Below, one piece after another: positions 30,080 to 38,523 of a stretch of DNA of 64,000 nucleotides. The DNA is from Christensenella sp. UBA7862. Its GTDB lineage: Bacteria; Bacillota; Clostridia; Christensenellales; UBA1242. The position numbers were made by a program, and so were the translations under genes. Under the pieces are notes generated by a model. It had not been told where the DNA came from. It did not search any database and worked only from the letters and a program-made list of their open reading frames with translations. The stretch is taken from assembly GCA_002500135.1 (NCBI GenBank), contig DLSM01000004.1:25796-89795 (forward strand), written 5' to 3'. Within the stretch, counting starts at the first letter, position 1; every line of letters begins with the position of its first letter.

Positions 30080-30904
30080 TTACGACCTACTTATAATAAA
30101 TTTGTTCGTGCTTTTTTTCTTGTTTCTTGTCTTATATCCAAGAGCAGGTTTGCCCCATGGTGTAACTGGGCTTGGTCTTCCGATTGGGGACTTACCTTCA
30201 CCACCACCGTGTGGGTGATCGCATGGGTTCATAACAACACCACGAACAGTTGGTCTAACACCCATATGTCTTTTTCTTCCAGCCTTGCCGATAGAGATGA
30301 TTTCGTGGTCAACATTTCCCACTTGTCCAAGAGTAGCTCTGCACTCTGCTGGAACCATTCTCATTTCGCCACTTGGCATTTTAAGAGTTGCATACTTGCC
30401 TTCTTTTGCCATAAGTCTTGCAGAAATTCCTGCACTTCTAGCAATAACCGCACCTTGGTTTGGTCTAAGTTCAACGTTATGCACAACGCTACCAACTGGA
30501 ATGTTTTTAAGAGGCATACAGTTTCCGACTTTTACTTCAACTTCAACACCGCTCATAACCTTGTCACCCACGTTGAGTCCGACAGGAGCCAAGATGTATG
30601 ATTTTGCGCCATCTGCATAGTGCAAAAGTGCAATGTTTGCAGTTCTATTTGGATCGTATTCAAGTGCTTCAACTTTTGCTGGAACATTGTCGTGATTACG
30701 TCTAAATTCAATAATTCTATATTTTTGTCTGTTTCCACCACCATGATGTCTAACGGTGATTTTGCCTTGCGCGTTTCTTCCAGCGTGTTTATTTTTAACA
30801 GCGAGAAGAGATTTTTCAGGTTTCTTTTTTGTAAGGTCCGAAAAATCGGCAGTGGTCAAAAATCTTTGTGATGGTGTGGTTGGATTGTGTCTTTTAATTG
30901 CCAT
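30080..30904 (-). CDS. rplB: 50S ribosomal protein L2
   Basis: [13 protein letters not shown]...[16 protein letters not shown]. Confidence 0.95.
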   Translation of the reverse strand: MAIKRHNPTTPSQRFLTTADFSDLTKKKPEKSLLAVKNKHAGRNAQGKITVRHHGGGNRQKYRIIEFRRNHDNVPAKVEALEYDPNRTANIALLHYADGAKSYILAPVGLNVGDKVMSGVEVEVKVGNCMPLKNIPVGSVVHNVELRPNQGAVIARSAGISARLMAKEGKYATLKMPSGEMRMVPAECRATLGQVGNVDHEIISIGKAGRKRHMGVRPTVRGVVMNPCDHPHGGGEGKSPIGRPSPVTPWGKPALGYKTRNKKKSTNKFIISRS

Positions 30905-30922
30905 TTTATCTTTCTCCTACCC

Positions 30923-31225
30923 TTAATTTAAACTCTCAAAGAACTCAATAGGTTTGCTTTCTTTGGTGAGCCAAACAATTGCCTTTTTGTAATCACTTGT
31001 TTTGCCAACGCTTCTGCCTTGTTTGGTGTTTTGAGTTTTAACTTTTCCCTTGACAATAAGGGTGTTCACTTGTTTAACCTTAACTTTGAAGATTTCTTCA
31101 ACCGCTTGTCTAATTTGAACTTTATTTGCGTTTAGGTCAACAATAAATGTGTATTTCTTGTCGGAAATTGTTGCATAACTCTTTTCCGAAAGAAGTGGCT
31201 TTTTGATAATGTCATATGCGTTCAT
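30923..31225 (-). CDS. rplW: 50S ribosomal protein L23
   Basis: [12 protein letters not shown]...[23 protein letters not shown]. Confidence 0.9.
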   Translation of the reverse strand: MNAYDIIKKPLLSEKSYATISDKKYTFIVDLNANKVQIRQAVEEIFKVKVKQVNTLIVKGKVKTQNTKQGRSVGKTSDYKKAIVWLTKESKPIEFFESLN

Positions 31226-31851
31226 TGTTTATAAGCCTCCTCTATTTTTTTGATTGCATCTTTGGTGATGTAAAGTCTTGAATTTGCAACAACATCATAA
31301 GTTCCAAGCACGTCAGCATATGTGACATGAGCGTTTGGAATGTTGTTTGAAGCACGAAGAATATCGTCATTCTTTTGGTCAAGAACAAACATAACATTTT
31401 TCTTGCCAACTTCAAAATTGTTCATAATTTCTTGGAAGAACTTTGTCTTTGGAGCTTCCAAAGAAACTTTGTCAAGCACAACAACTTCATTATCTGCAAG
31501 TTTTGCACTGATTGCGCTCTTAAATGCAGCAACTCTCATTGTTTTGTTGATTTTTTGAGAGAAATCTCTTGGCTTTGGTGCAAAAATGATACCGCCGCCT
31601 TTCCATTGAGCACTCTTTGTGGAGCCTTGTCTTGCCCTACCTGTGCCTTTTTGTCTCCAAGGCTTCTTTGCATGTCCTCTTACTTCGCTGCGAAGCAAAG
31701 CAGATTTTGTGCCTTGTCTTTGATTATTGTTGTAAGCAACCACAACTTGGTGAATAAGAGGTTCATTGTATTCACAGCCAAACACTTCTTCTGAAAGAGT
31801 AGCTTGTCCTACAACTTCTGCTTTTGTGTTATAAACTTTAACTTTAGGCAT
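31222..31851 (-). CDS. rplD: 50S ribosomal protein L4
   Basis: [33 protein letters not shown]. Confidence 0.95.
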   Translation of the reverse strand: MPKVKVYNTKAEVVGQATLSEEVFGCEYNEPLIHQVVVAYNNNQRQGTKSALLRSEVRGHAKKPWRQKGTGRARQGSTKSAQWKGGGIIFAPKPRDFSQKINKTMRVAAFKSAISAKLADNEVVVLDKVSLEAPKTKFFQEIMNNFEVGKKNVMFVLDQKNDDILRASNNIPNAHVTYADVLGTYDVVANSRLYITKDAIKKIEEAYKQ

Positions 31852-31864
31852 TTCTAACTACTCC

Positions 31865-32503
31865 TTATCTTTTGATCTTTTTTGCATTGCAGATGAACAC
31901 AAGTCCGTCTTTGCTGCCAGGCACGCTGCCTTTGACAAGCATAAGATTTCTTTCTTCATCAATTTTTACGACTTTTAGATTTTGTTTTGTAACTCTATCG
32001 TTACCGAATTGTCCAGGCATCTTACGATTTTTGAACACTCTTGCTGGTGTTGAACTTCCACTCAAACCACCAACTTCTCTATGCACAGGTCCTGTGCCGT
32101 GACTCATTCTAAGTCTTCTTGCGTTCCATCTTTTGATAACGCCGCTGAACCCATGTCCTTTTGAAGTTCCAGTCACGTCAACCAAATCTCCTTCAGCAAA
32201 CACTGAACATTTGATTTCGTTTCCAACTTCAAGGTTTGATGTGTCAGAAAGTCTAAATTCTCTAAGATATTTCTTTGCTTCGACATTTGCTTTCTTAAAC
32301 AACCCCATTTCTGGTTTATTTTTGGATTTTTCTTTAGCTTCGCCAAATCCAACAACCACTGCATCGTATCCATCTTTATCCACGGTCTTCTTTTGGACAA
32401 CGGTGCAAGGTCCTGCAAGGATAACAGTTACTGGAGTAACTTTTCCATCAAGGTCGAATACTTGAGTCATCCCCAATTTTTTTCCTAAAATAGCTTTTTC
32501 CAT
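31865..32503 (-). CDS. rplC: 50S ribosomal protein L3
   Basis: ILGKKLGMTQVF...GTSKGHGFSGVIKRWN. Confidence 0.95.
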   Translation of the reverse strand: MEKAILGKKLGMTQVFDLDGKVTPVTVILAGPCTVVQKKTVDKDGYDAVVVGFGEAKEKSKNKPEMGLFKKANVEAKKYLREFRLSDTSNLEVGNEIKCSVFAEGDLVDVTGTSKGHGFSGVIKRWNARRLRMSHGTGPVHREVGGLSGSSTPARVFKNRKMPGQFGNDRVTKQNLKVVKIDEERNLMLVKGSVPGSKDGLVFICNAKKIKR

Positions 32504-32520
32504 TTTTCACCTCTCGACCT

Positions 32521-32829
32521 TTATAGTTTGATATTGATATCAACGCCAGCAGGAAGATCAAGTTTCATAAGTGAATCGACAGCCTTGCTTGATGGTGTGT
32601 AAATATCAATTATCCTTTTGTGTGTGCGCATCTCAAATTGTTCACGACTATCCTTATATTTATGAGGCGCCCTGATGATTGTCACCACTTCTTTTTCAGT
32701 TGGAAGTGGGATTGGACCTGCAACTTGGGAACCGGATTTTGACGCTGCTTCCATAATTCTAGAAGTAGCAAGGTCAATCAAGTTGTGGTCATAACTTTTT
32801 AATTTGATTCTGATTTTTTGTGTTGCCAT
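32521..32829 (-). CDS. rpsJ: 30S ribosomal protein S10
   Basis: The track ORF starts at 32847. I place the start at ATG 32829 ([19 protein letters not shown]), which has AAGGAG 6 nt upstream and gives the canonical 102 aa. Confidence 0.9.
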   Translation of the reverse strand: MATQKIRIKLKSYDHNLIDLATSRIMEAASKSGSQVAGPIPLPTEKEVVTIIRAPHKYKDSREQFEMRTHKRIIDIYTPSSKAVDSLMKLDLPAGVDINIKL

Positions 32830-33025
32830 ATACTCTCCTTCTACCATGCTGGGACATTCAATACACTTCCCCGTGTGTTTCGTATTGAAGGTCTTTAAAA
32901 AAAATCTTAGAAAGATTTTTAACCAGCCCGCTTGAATTTTAATTCAAACTTGTCCACGCAAATTCTCCAGTTTTGTTGCTAAAAGTGGTAACTTTGCGCT
33001 TCATCCCAATTTTCACGGTGACACC

Positions 33026-33054
33026 ATTTTACAACAACTTATTCAATTCGTCAA
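33026..33054 (-). promoter_or_regulatory. SigA-type promoter of the S10 operon
   Basis: Minus strand reads TTGACG (33054-33049), an exact 17-nt spacer aattgaataagttgttg, then TAAAAT (33031-33026). This implies a leader of about 190 nt before rpsJ. Confidence 0.55.
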
Positions 33055-33099
33055 CCCTTTTTTTCAATAAATTATACCCTTTTTTCAAAAAAAAATAAA

Positions 33100-33118
33100 T
33101 TTGTGCAAATTGCACAAA
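33100..33118. promoter_or_regulatory. Perfect 9+1+9 palindrome TTTGTGCAA-A-TTGCACAAA, candidate operator
   Basis: Read directly from the sequence. It lies about 45 nt upstream of the -35 of the S10 promoter. The half-sites are of the TGTG...CACA type. Confidence 0.35.
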
Positions 33119-33241
33119 GATATTTTTCAAAATGCCCCATTTTTCTTGTCAAAGACACCCCCTTCCCCAGAATTTTTACCTTTCACCCCCGCCGAAAAGT
33201 CCCTATATATATAATAGGTTGCATTTTCGCCAAATTTTAAC

Positions 33242-33266
33242 AAAAAAGGTCACCCGTAGGCGACCA
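33242..33266 (-). terminator. Rho-independent terminator after the DUF1858 gene
   Basis: Minus strand reads GGTCGCC-tac-GGGTGACC followed by TTTTTT. It starts about 50 nt after the stop at 33318. Confidence 0.65.
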
Positions 33267-33317
33267 AAATTGTCTTTTAAGAAAATTAATAAATTTTCCC
33301 TTAAGAAATCACTTTTT

Positions 33318-33527
33318 TTAACTTTTCTTTGCTGGAATTAAGTCCTCGTTAAGTTTTTTGACCATAAAGTCGGTGTCAAGTCCATGAACCGCACCCGCTT
33401 CTTCCACAGTTTCCATTTGGCTCATTGGGCAAGAAAAGCAGTGCATGCCAAACCCACGCAAAATATCCTCCGCATTGGAGTAATTTCTCAAAATTTCACC
33501 CAAAGTGGTGTCTTTTTTAACTTCCAT
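33318..33527 (-). CDS. DUF1858 / hybrid-cluster-protein-associated redox disulfide domain protein (69 aa)
   Basis: TLGEILRNYSNAEDILRGFGMHCFSCPMSQMETVEEAGAVHGLD matches the family pattern (GMHCxxCP...E.A..HG.D). Confidence 0.75.
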   Translation of the reverse strand: MEVKKDTTLGEILRNYSNAEDILRGFGMHCFSCPMSQMETVEEAGAVHGLDTDFMVKKLNEDLIPAKKS

Positions 33528-33710
33528 TTTTTCTCCTTTATTTTGTTAAGCACTTTTCCCTTATTTTTATCACTTTCCAAAATTTTAACTCACAAAAAGC
33601 AAATTTTATTTGAAAAATGTAACAGCCGCAAGTTTTTTTTACTTAACACACAAAATTTTACACCCAAAATCACATTTCGTCAATTATTTTATTTGTCCAA
33701 TGGATAAAAT

Positions 33711-35111
33711 CTACAACTTACTCTTGCAAACCATGCAAATTTCACTCTCATCTGTGTTTTTTGCTCCACAACATGGGCAAACGACAAACCCACTCACTTG
33801 AGAACCACATTTTTTGCAGAAATTCGAGTTTTGGTCAATATTTTCTCCACATCGTGGACATTTCTTCGTTAAAATCTCATTTTTTATGTCATAACAGTCA
33901 TTTTTACTGTCACTAACAGAAATTTTGTCGCCATTCCCAACATTGTCGTTATCTTTTTGGTGACTTGTCATATAATTTTCAAGTGCTTGCACACCTTCAT
34001 CTTCTTTTTTAAACAAATTAGGTTCTTTCTGCACGGACACTGGTTCAAAAGTATTCCAACTGTTGTTTTCTGGTGCATTTCCAACATTATTTGAGTTAAA
34101 GTTGTTAAAATTCGAATAATTTTCACTTCCGAAAGAATTTTTATCACTTTTTCCGCTTGAAAACGAATTTTCCCCGCTTTGTGTGTTAAAGTTTGAATAA
34201 TTGTTTACTTTTTCTATATTCGCAGAAGAATTTGTCGCAGAATTGTTACTAAATGTATCATTGCCTTGCAAAGAGTTTTCTTTTCCCAATATAATCTCGC
34301 TATTTGAGACGGTTACAAAGACCTTTTCTTGGGGTTTTTGTGCCGAGTTGAGTTCTTGTTCAACATGAGTCAAAAACACGTCTTCTTGACCCCTTTTAAG
34401 AGCCAAATCGTGCAATGTCTTTTCCTTTTTTGGAATGATTAAGTCATCTATTCTAATTGCCGTAATATCAATGCCCAGACTTACACAAAGTTTGCTTAGT
34501 TTGGAGAGAACTAAATCTTGCACTTTTTCTTTGCAAGTGGTGTAAATATCAAAACTGAGTTCCGCCTTGTCCAAAATTTTTGACACTTCATCCGCAACAA
34601 GAATGGAAATCTCTCGTCCGAGCGTCTTATTTCTCAAAACAGCAAACTCAGAGCTAAACACTCCCATAAATTTTCGCATATCTTTTATGCAAAAGTCAAA
34701 ATTGCCTAGAAGCCTAATTCTCATTTTTCCATTTGGAGTTTTGCAAAGAAATTTCTCGTGAGTTTTAAAACTTAAGTTATGTCCGTCAATCTTCACAAAA
34801 TAAATATCTGCTGGCAGAGTTTTTGGCGTAACAATTCCCTTTTTGACAAGCATATGGTGATGTTCCCTAAAAAGTCTTGGCACAGTCACATCTTCAAGTT
34901 TAACTTCGCCCTCATCATCTCGCAAAATATCAAGAACTTTGTTATGATAGCACACAACAAGGTTATATCCATGCTCAATTTGAACATTTGTCCCCAGTTC
35001 TATAGAATTATTTTTCAAAGGAACAAAATAAACAATATCACCCTTATATTTTTCTGGCAGCGAAATTGCTTTCTTTTTTATTAAGTTAGAAAAAAAACTA
35101 AAAAATCCCAT
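33711..35111 (-). CDS. SPFH-like (YdjI/COG4260-type) protein fused to an N/S-rich linker and a C-terminal double zinc ribbon
   Basis: The N-terminal ~240 aa resemble the virion-core/SPFH family by eye (GDIVYFVP..., FDFCIKDMRKFM...). A low-complexity NSATNSSAN...NFNNFNSNN stretch follows. The protein ends in CPRCGENIDQNSNFCKKCG...CPCCGAKNTDESEICMVC. Confidence 0.5.
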   Translation of the reverse strand: MGFFSFFSNLIKKKAISLPEKYKGDIVYFVPLKNNSIELGTNVQIEHGYNLVVCYHNKVLDILRDDEGEVKLEDVTVPRLFREHHHMLVKKGIVTPKTLPADIYFVKIDGHNLSFKTHEKFLCKTPNGKMRIRLLGNFDFCIKDMRKFMGVFSSEFAVLRNKTLGREISILVADEVSKILDKAELSFDIYTTCKEKVQDLVLSKLSKLCVSLGIDITAIRIDDLIIPKKEKTLHDLALKRGQEDVFLTHVEQELNSAQKPQEKVFVTVSNSEIILGKENSLQGNDTFSNNSATNSSANIEKVNNYSNFNTQSGENSFSSGKSDKNSFGSENYSNFNNFNSNNVGNAPENNSWNTFEPVSVQKEPNLFKKEDEGVQALENYMTSHQKDNDNVGNGDKISVSDSKNDCYDIKNEILTKKCPRCGENIDQNSNFCKKCGSQVSGFVVCPCCGAKNTDESEICMVCKSKL

Positions 35112-35223
35112 ACTTTCGTCATAATTTTATCACACCCAACAAAAAAATGCTAGCAAATGAAATAATAAATGGCAAAAAGTTTACATATATTTAAGTATTG
35201 ACTTACACAAAAAGGGAGAAAAA

Positions 35224-35943
35224 ATGAAACTTCTAAGCGATTTTATTGCAAAAAGAGTGTTAAACCTTAGTTCTGGACAAGTTGAAGGGACTATAAAAAA
35301 TGCTTGTTTTGATGCAAATTTTAAAAAAGTTGAAAACTTTAAAATGTTTGATGACGAAGACGAAGAATATTTGTTAAATGCTAGGAAAATATGTGCAGTG
35401 GGACAAGATGCCGTGGTTATAAAAAACAGAGAAGCCATGGTTCTTGCCATAAACGAAGCAGAATGTCGAGATTTTTCCACCATGAATATGCAAGTTTATT
35501 CAGCAGATGGCAAAAACATAGGACGAGTTAGCGACCTTGAATTGACGGATAATTATAAACTGAATTCCCTTGTCATAGGTGACAAAAAAGTATCCCCCGA
35601 CAGTATAATAAGCCTTGGAAAAGTAATTGTAACAAAAGGCGAAAATACGACAAAAACACTTTCAAAATCTAGGACAAACCCTTTCAAAAATTCCGTTGAC
35701 CCCGCCCACAAAGTTACAATTCTAGCCCCTCAAATTGAGGTCGAGGCAAAAACACCTTCGACCCCCGCCCGTGCAGTGGCGTCCCCAAACTTTTTACTTG
35801 GAAGACGAGCCGTCAAAACGATTTATGGCGTAAACAATGAGATAATTATCAAAAAAGAAAGCCCAATAACCGTCCTAACTCTTGAAGCCGCCCGTAGGCA
35901 TGGCAAACTTGTAGAACTCACAGTTTTTTCCCGTTCAAACTAA
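35224..35943 (+). CDS. Hypothetical protein with two PRC-barrel-like (YlmC/YmxH-like) repeats
   Basis: AKRVLNLSSGQVEGTIKNACFD... and MQVYSADGKNIGRVSDLELTDNYKLNSLVIG both resemble PRC-barrel N-termini. This assignment is by eye only. Confidence 0.45.
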   Translation: MKLLSDFIAKRVLNLSSGQVEGTIKNACFDANFKKVENFKMFDDEDEEYLLNARKICAVGQDAVVIKNREAMVLAINEAECRDFSTMNMQVYSADGKNIGRVSDLELTDNYKLNSLVIGDKKVSPDSIISLGKVIVTKGENTTKTLSKSRTNPFKNSVDPAHKVTILAPQIEVEAKTPSTPARAVASPNFLLGRRAVKTIYGVNNEIIIKKESPITVLTLEAARRHGKLVELTVFSRSN

Positions 35944-36001
35944 TTTCCATACAAATAAAAAAACACCCAAAGGACTTGAAATCTTTTGGGCGTTTTCATA
36001 A

Positions 36002-38410
36002 TCATTTGTTTGAGTTGAGAAGTTTTTGCATTTCGGCATTAAGTTCATCAATTTCAGAATTTTGTTTTCTTGAAACAGTCTTTTTGCCTCTTGCACTTGT
36101 TCCTCTGTTTCTCACCGATTGTTTACGTTCTTTTCTTGCTGGACGAAGTTGAATTTCATCTTCTTCGTTTTCTTCTTCCTCCACTGGTTCTTGTGGCACA
36201 ACTTTTGGTTCTTCCACTTTTTGTTCCGCTTGAGGAGCAGGTTGTGGTGCTGGTTGAGCAGCAGGTTGCGTCATTTGAATAACAATAGGTTGAGGTTGTG
36301 GCACTGGTTGAGGTGCAACATATGGTTGAGCGTATCCTTGTGGATAGCCTTGAGGATATTGGTTATAGTTATATCCGTTGTAGCCATATTGCCCCGCTGG
36401 AGTTTGTGCGTCCATTTTGGAGATTGTGTTGTTGAGTTCTTGCTCAAGTTGTTCACGCTCTCTCTTTAGCCTATTGTTTTCTTCTTCAATTTGCTTTTGA
36501 ATTTGTTGCAAATCGTCTGCAGTTGCTTCTGTTGAAATACTTCCGTCATCATCGCTGTCATTGTCGTCTTCTTTTTTGAAGAAATCTTCACCATTCACAC
36601 TTTCTTCAGAAGAATTGTTTTCAACTGGAGCATTTTCATTTGAAACATCTTGGGCTGGAGTTTCTTCTTGTGGTTCAGAAACTTCTTGTTGCACTGGTTG
36701 CTCAACATTTTGCTCATAATCTTGTTGTGCTGGAGCATATTCTTCATACTGAACTGGCTCTTGAGGGACTTGTTGTTCCGCTGGTTCTGCATTTACATAT
36801 TCTTGAGGTTGTTCACTTTGTGATTCTGCTTGAGATGCAGCTTCTTGTGGAGTTTCAACATATTGCATGTTTTGTGGTTCAACATATTGTTCAGACACAT
36901 TTGAACCCGTATCAATGGAATTTTCCTCAGTTGAAGTTATTTCTTCTGGGTTTTGTTGTTTCATGGAATACAACTCATCTGTTGTAATTTCATTTCCTTT
37001 AATTAGGTTGGCATTTGGGTCAAGTTGTTCATTTGTCATGCCGCCCACGCCTTGAAGGTCTGTAAGAAGTGCTTTTAAGTCGCTGTTTTCTTGAGCAAGT
37101 GCGAGGAGTTTTTCGTTCCCAACTTCTGCAGCCTTTTCGGTCAAAGCCTTATAAAGTGTGTTTGCATAATGTTTGAATTCAAGAAGCATTGCTTGTTGCA
37201 CAAAGTTTTTCTTTTCTTCAATTTCTGCTTCACGTTTTTTAATTTCACCATCAAGGGCTTCTTGTTCATTATTAAATTTGGTTGTTGCTTCTTCAAGGTC
37301 TTTTTCAAGTTGTTGTTGTTTCTTAATTTCGTCACCTTGTTGCTTTCTTATATAGTTGCTTTCAATACGGTTTGTAGAAGCTTCTTGTTGCGCACGCAAA
37401 CTATCCAAGTTTTCTCTTGATGCTTGCAATTTTCTTTGCATGTCTTTGCTTGTTGTTTCAAAGTTCTTTTTGTAATTTTCCTTTTCCGCTTCAATGGCGT
37501 CGCTTTCGTCTTGCAAACGTTTTCTCACTTTAATAAAGGTTTCACTTTCCTTCATTGCTCTTTCAAGAACAAGTGAGCCGTCAATGCCAAGGTCGCCAAA
37601 GTCATATTCTTCGCAAGCAACAGAACTTTCTCTTGCTTTTTCAAGTTGTTCTTGTTCAACCAAAGCACGTTTTTCAAGATATTGTTGAAGGATAGGAATT
37701 CCCTCCTTAATTTCTTGTTTTGTGAACAAAATTTCATAATCGACATATGCTGGAAGTGTTGTAACTGCTTTTTCAAGGTTGCGTTCAAACACCGGAAAGT
37801 TTTCAAAAAGAAGCGAATAAATTTCATTCTTTCTAAGTCTTGCAAAAAGCACATAAATTGAATAGATAACAACAACGGCAAGTGGACATAAAACTGCGAC
37901 CAAAAGCCTCATGTTTTCTTCCACAACATCAATGCCCGCTTTGTAAGAATATGCAAGCCCAACTGACAATGCAAGCACTGCAATAAGTGTTGTAAAAATT
38001 GAAAAGTTGCCGAGGTGCTTTTCAATGGAAGAAGACCTAAGTGGTTTGTCCACGCAGGTGTTTGTATTTATATATTTGGTTGGGCCGTCTTCCCTATTTA
38101 GCATATATATTTGCCAAGAGTTTCTAAGCGTTTTTGGCACCCTTTTCATTTTAAGGTTAAACTCCACCAAGTTCTCCTCGGTTATAAAAGGTTTTGCCAA
38201 AAAATACTTATTAAGTTTGTTAATACTTTTCAAAAGTTTGTTTTCATAGGAACCTCTGATAAGTGCCACCATAACAACAACAGCAAGCAACATAAGACCA
38301 ACAAAAATTATTGGCCAAAACCATTGTTGTGCAAGGGTAACAAAAAGGTTAACGACAAAGTTTCTAACTGAGTCAACAATTTCCGAACCACTGAGTCCAA
38401 GCAAATTCAT
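36002..38410 (-). CDS. Hypothetical membrane protein with a long coiled coil and a P/Q/E-rich low-complexity region (802 aa)
   Basis: N-terminal transmembrane segments (WPIIFVGLMLLAVVVMVALI; LIAVLALSVGLAY; LLVAVLCPLAVVVIYSIYVLF). E/K/Q heptad-like stretches follow, then PQEP.../YPQGYPQGYAQPYVAPQPVPQPQP, and a basic C-terminus. Confidence 0.6.
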   Translation of the reverse strand: MNLLGLSGSEIVDSVRNFVVNLFVTLAQQWFWPIIFVGLMLLAVVVMVALIRGSYENKLLKSINKLNKYFLAKPFITEENLVEFNLKMKRVPKTLRNSWQIYMLNREDGPTKYINTNTCVDKPLRSSSIEKHLGNFSIFTTLIAVLALSVGLAYSYKAGIDVVEENMRLLVAVLCPLAVVVIYSIYVLFARLRKNEIYSLLFENFPVFERNLEKAVTTLPAYVDYEILFTKQEIKEGIPILQQYLEKRALVEQEQLEKARESSVACEEYDFGDLGIDGSLVLERAMKESETFIKVRKRLQDESDAIEAEKENYKKNFETTSKDMQRKLQASRENLDSLRAQQEASTNRIESNYIRKQQGDEIKKQQQLEKDLEEATTKFNNEQEALDGEIKKREAEIEEKKNFVQQAMLLEFKHYANTLYKALTEKAAEVGNEKLLALAQENSDLKALLTDLQGVGGMTNEQLDPNANLIKGNEITTDELYSMKQQNPEEITSTEENSIDTGSNVSEQYVEPQNMQYVETPQEAASQAESQSEQPQEYVNAEPAEQQVPQEPVQYEEYAPAQQDYEQNVEQPVQQEVSEPQEETPAQDVSNENAPVENNSSEESVNGEDFFKKEDDNDSDDDGSISTEATADDLQQIQKQIEEENNRLKREREQLEQELNNTISKMDAQTPAGQYGYNGYNYNQYPQGYPQGYAQPYVAPQPVPQPQPIVIQMTQPAAQPAPQPAPQAEQKVEEPKVVPQEPVEEEENEEDEIQLRPARKERKQSVRNRGTSARGKKTVSRKQNSEIDELNAEMQKLLNSNK

Positions 38411-38523
38411 ATTTCCACCTTCCTCAAAAATTTATTGTAGTATATCACATCAAAGCAACAAATAAAAATGTTTTGCGACAATTTTTTTATTTTTTTGCAA
38501 ATTTGTTGACCAGACGGTCTGTG

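Noticed and set aside
17959-32465. Many plus-strand ORFs (for example 18018-18602 at 194 aa, 30032-30601 at 189 aa, 31375-31794 at 139 aa) inside the ribosomal cluster.
   Set aside because: All are antisense to unmistakable ribosomal protein genes. Their translations are Cys/Phe/Ser-rich nonsense typical of shadow frames.
32897-32922. Hairpin AAAATCTT-tct-AAGATTTT plus T-run in the S10 leader, considered as an L4-type transcription attenuator.
   Set aside because: The stem is 8 bp with a single G:C pair, which is too weak to call a terminator by eye. I only note that the leader is long.
33071-33076. A second TATAAT (minus strand) just upstream of the S10 -35 element, considered as a tandem promoter.
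   Set aside because: The corresponding -35 position reads TTTATT within a T-run, and there is no TG extension. The evidence is too weak to annotate.
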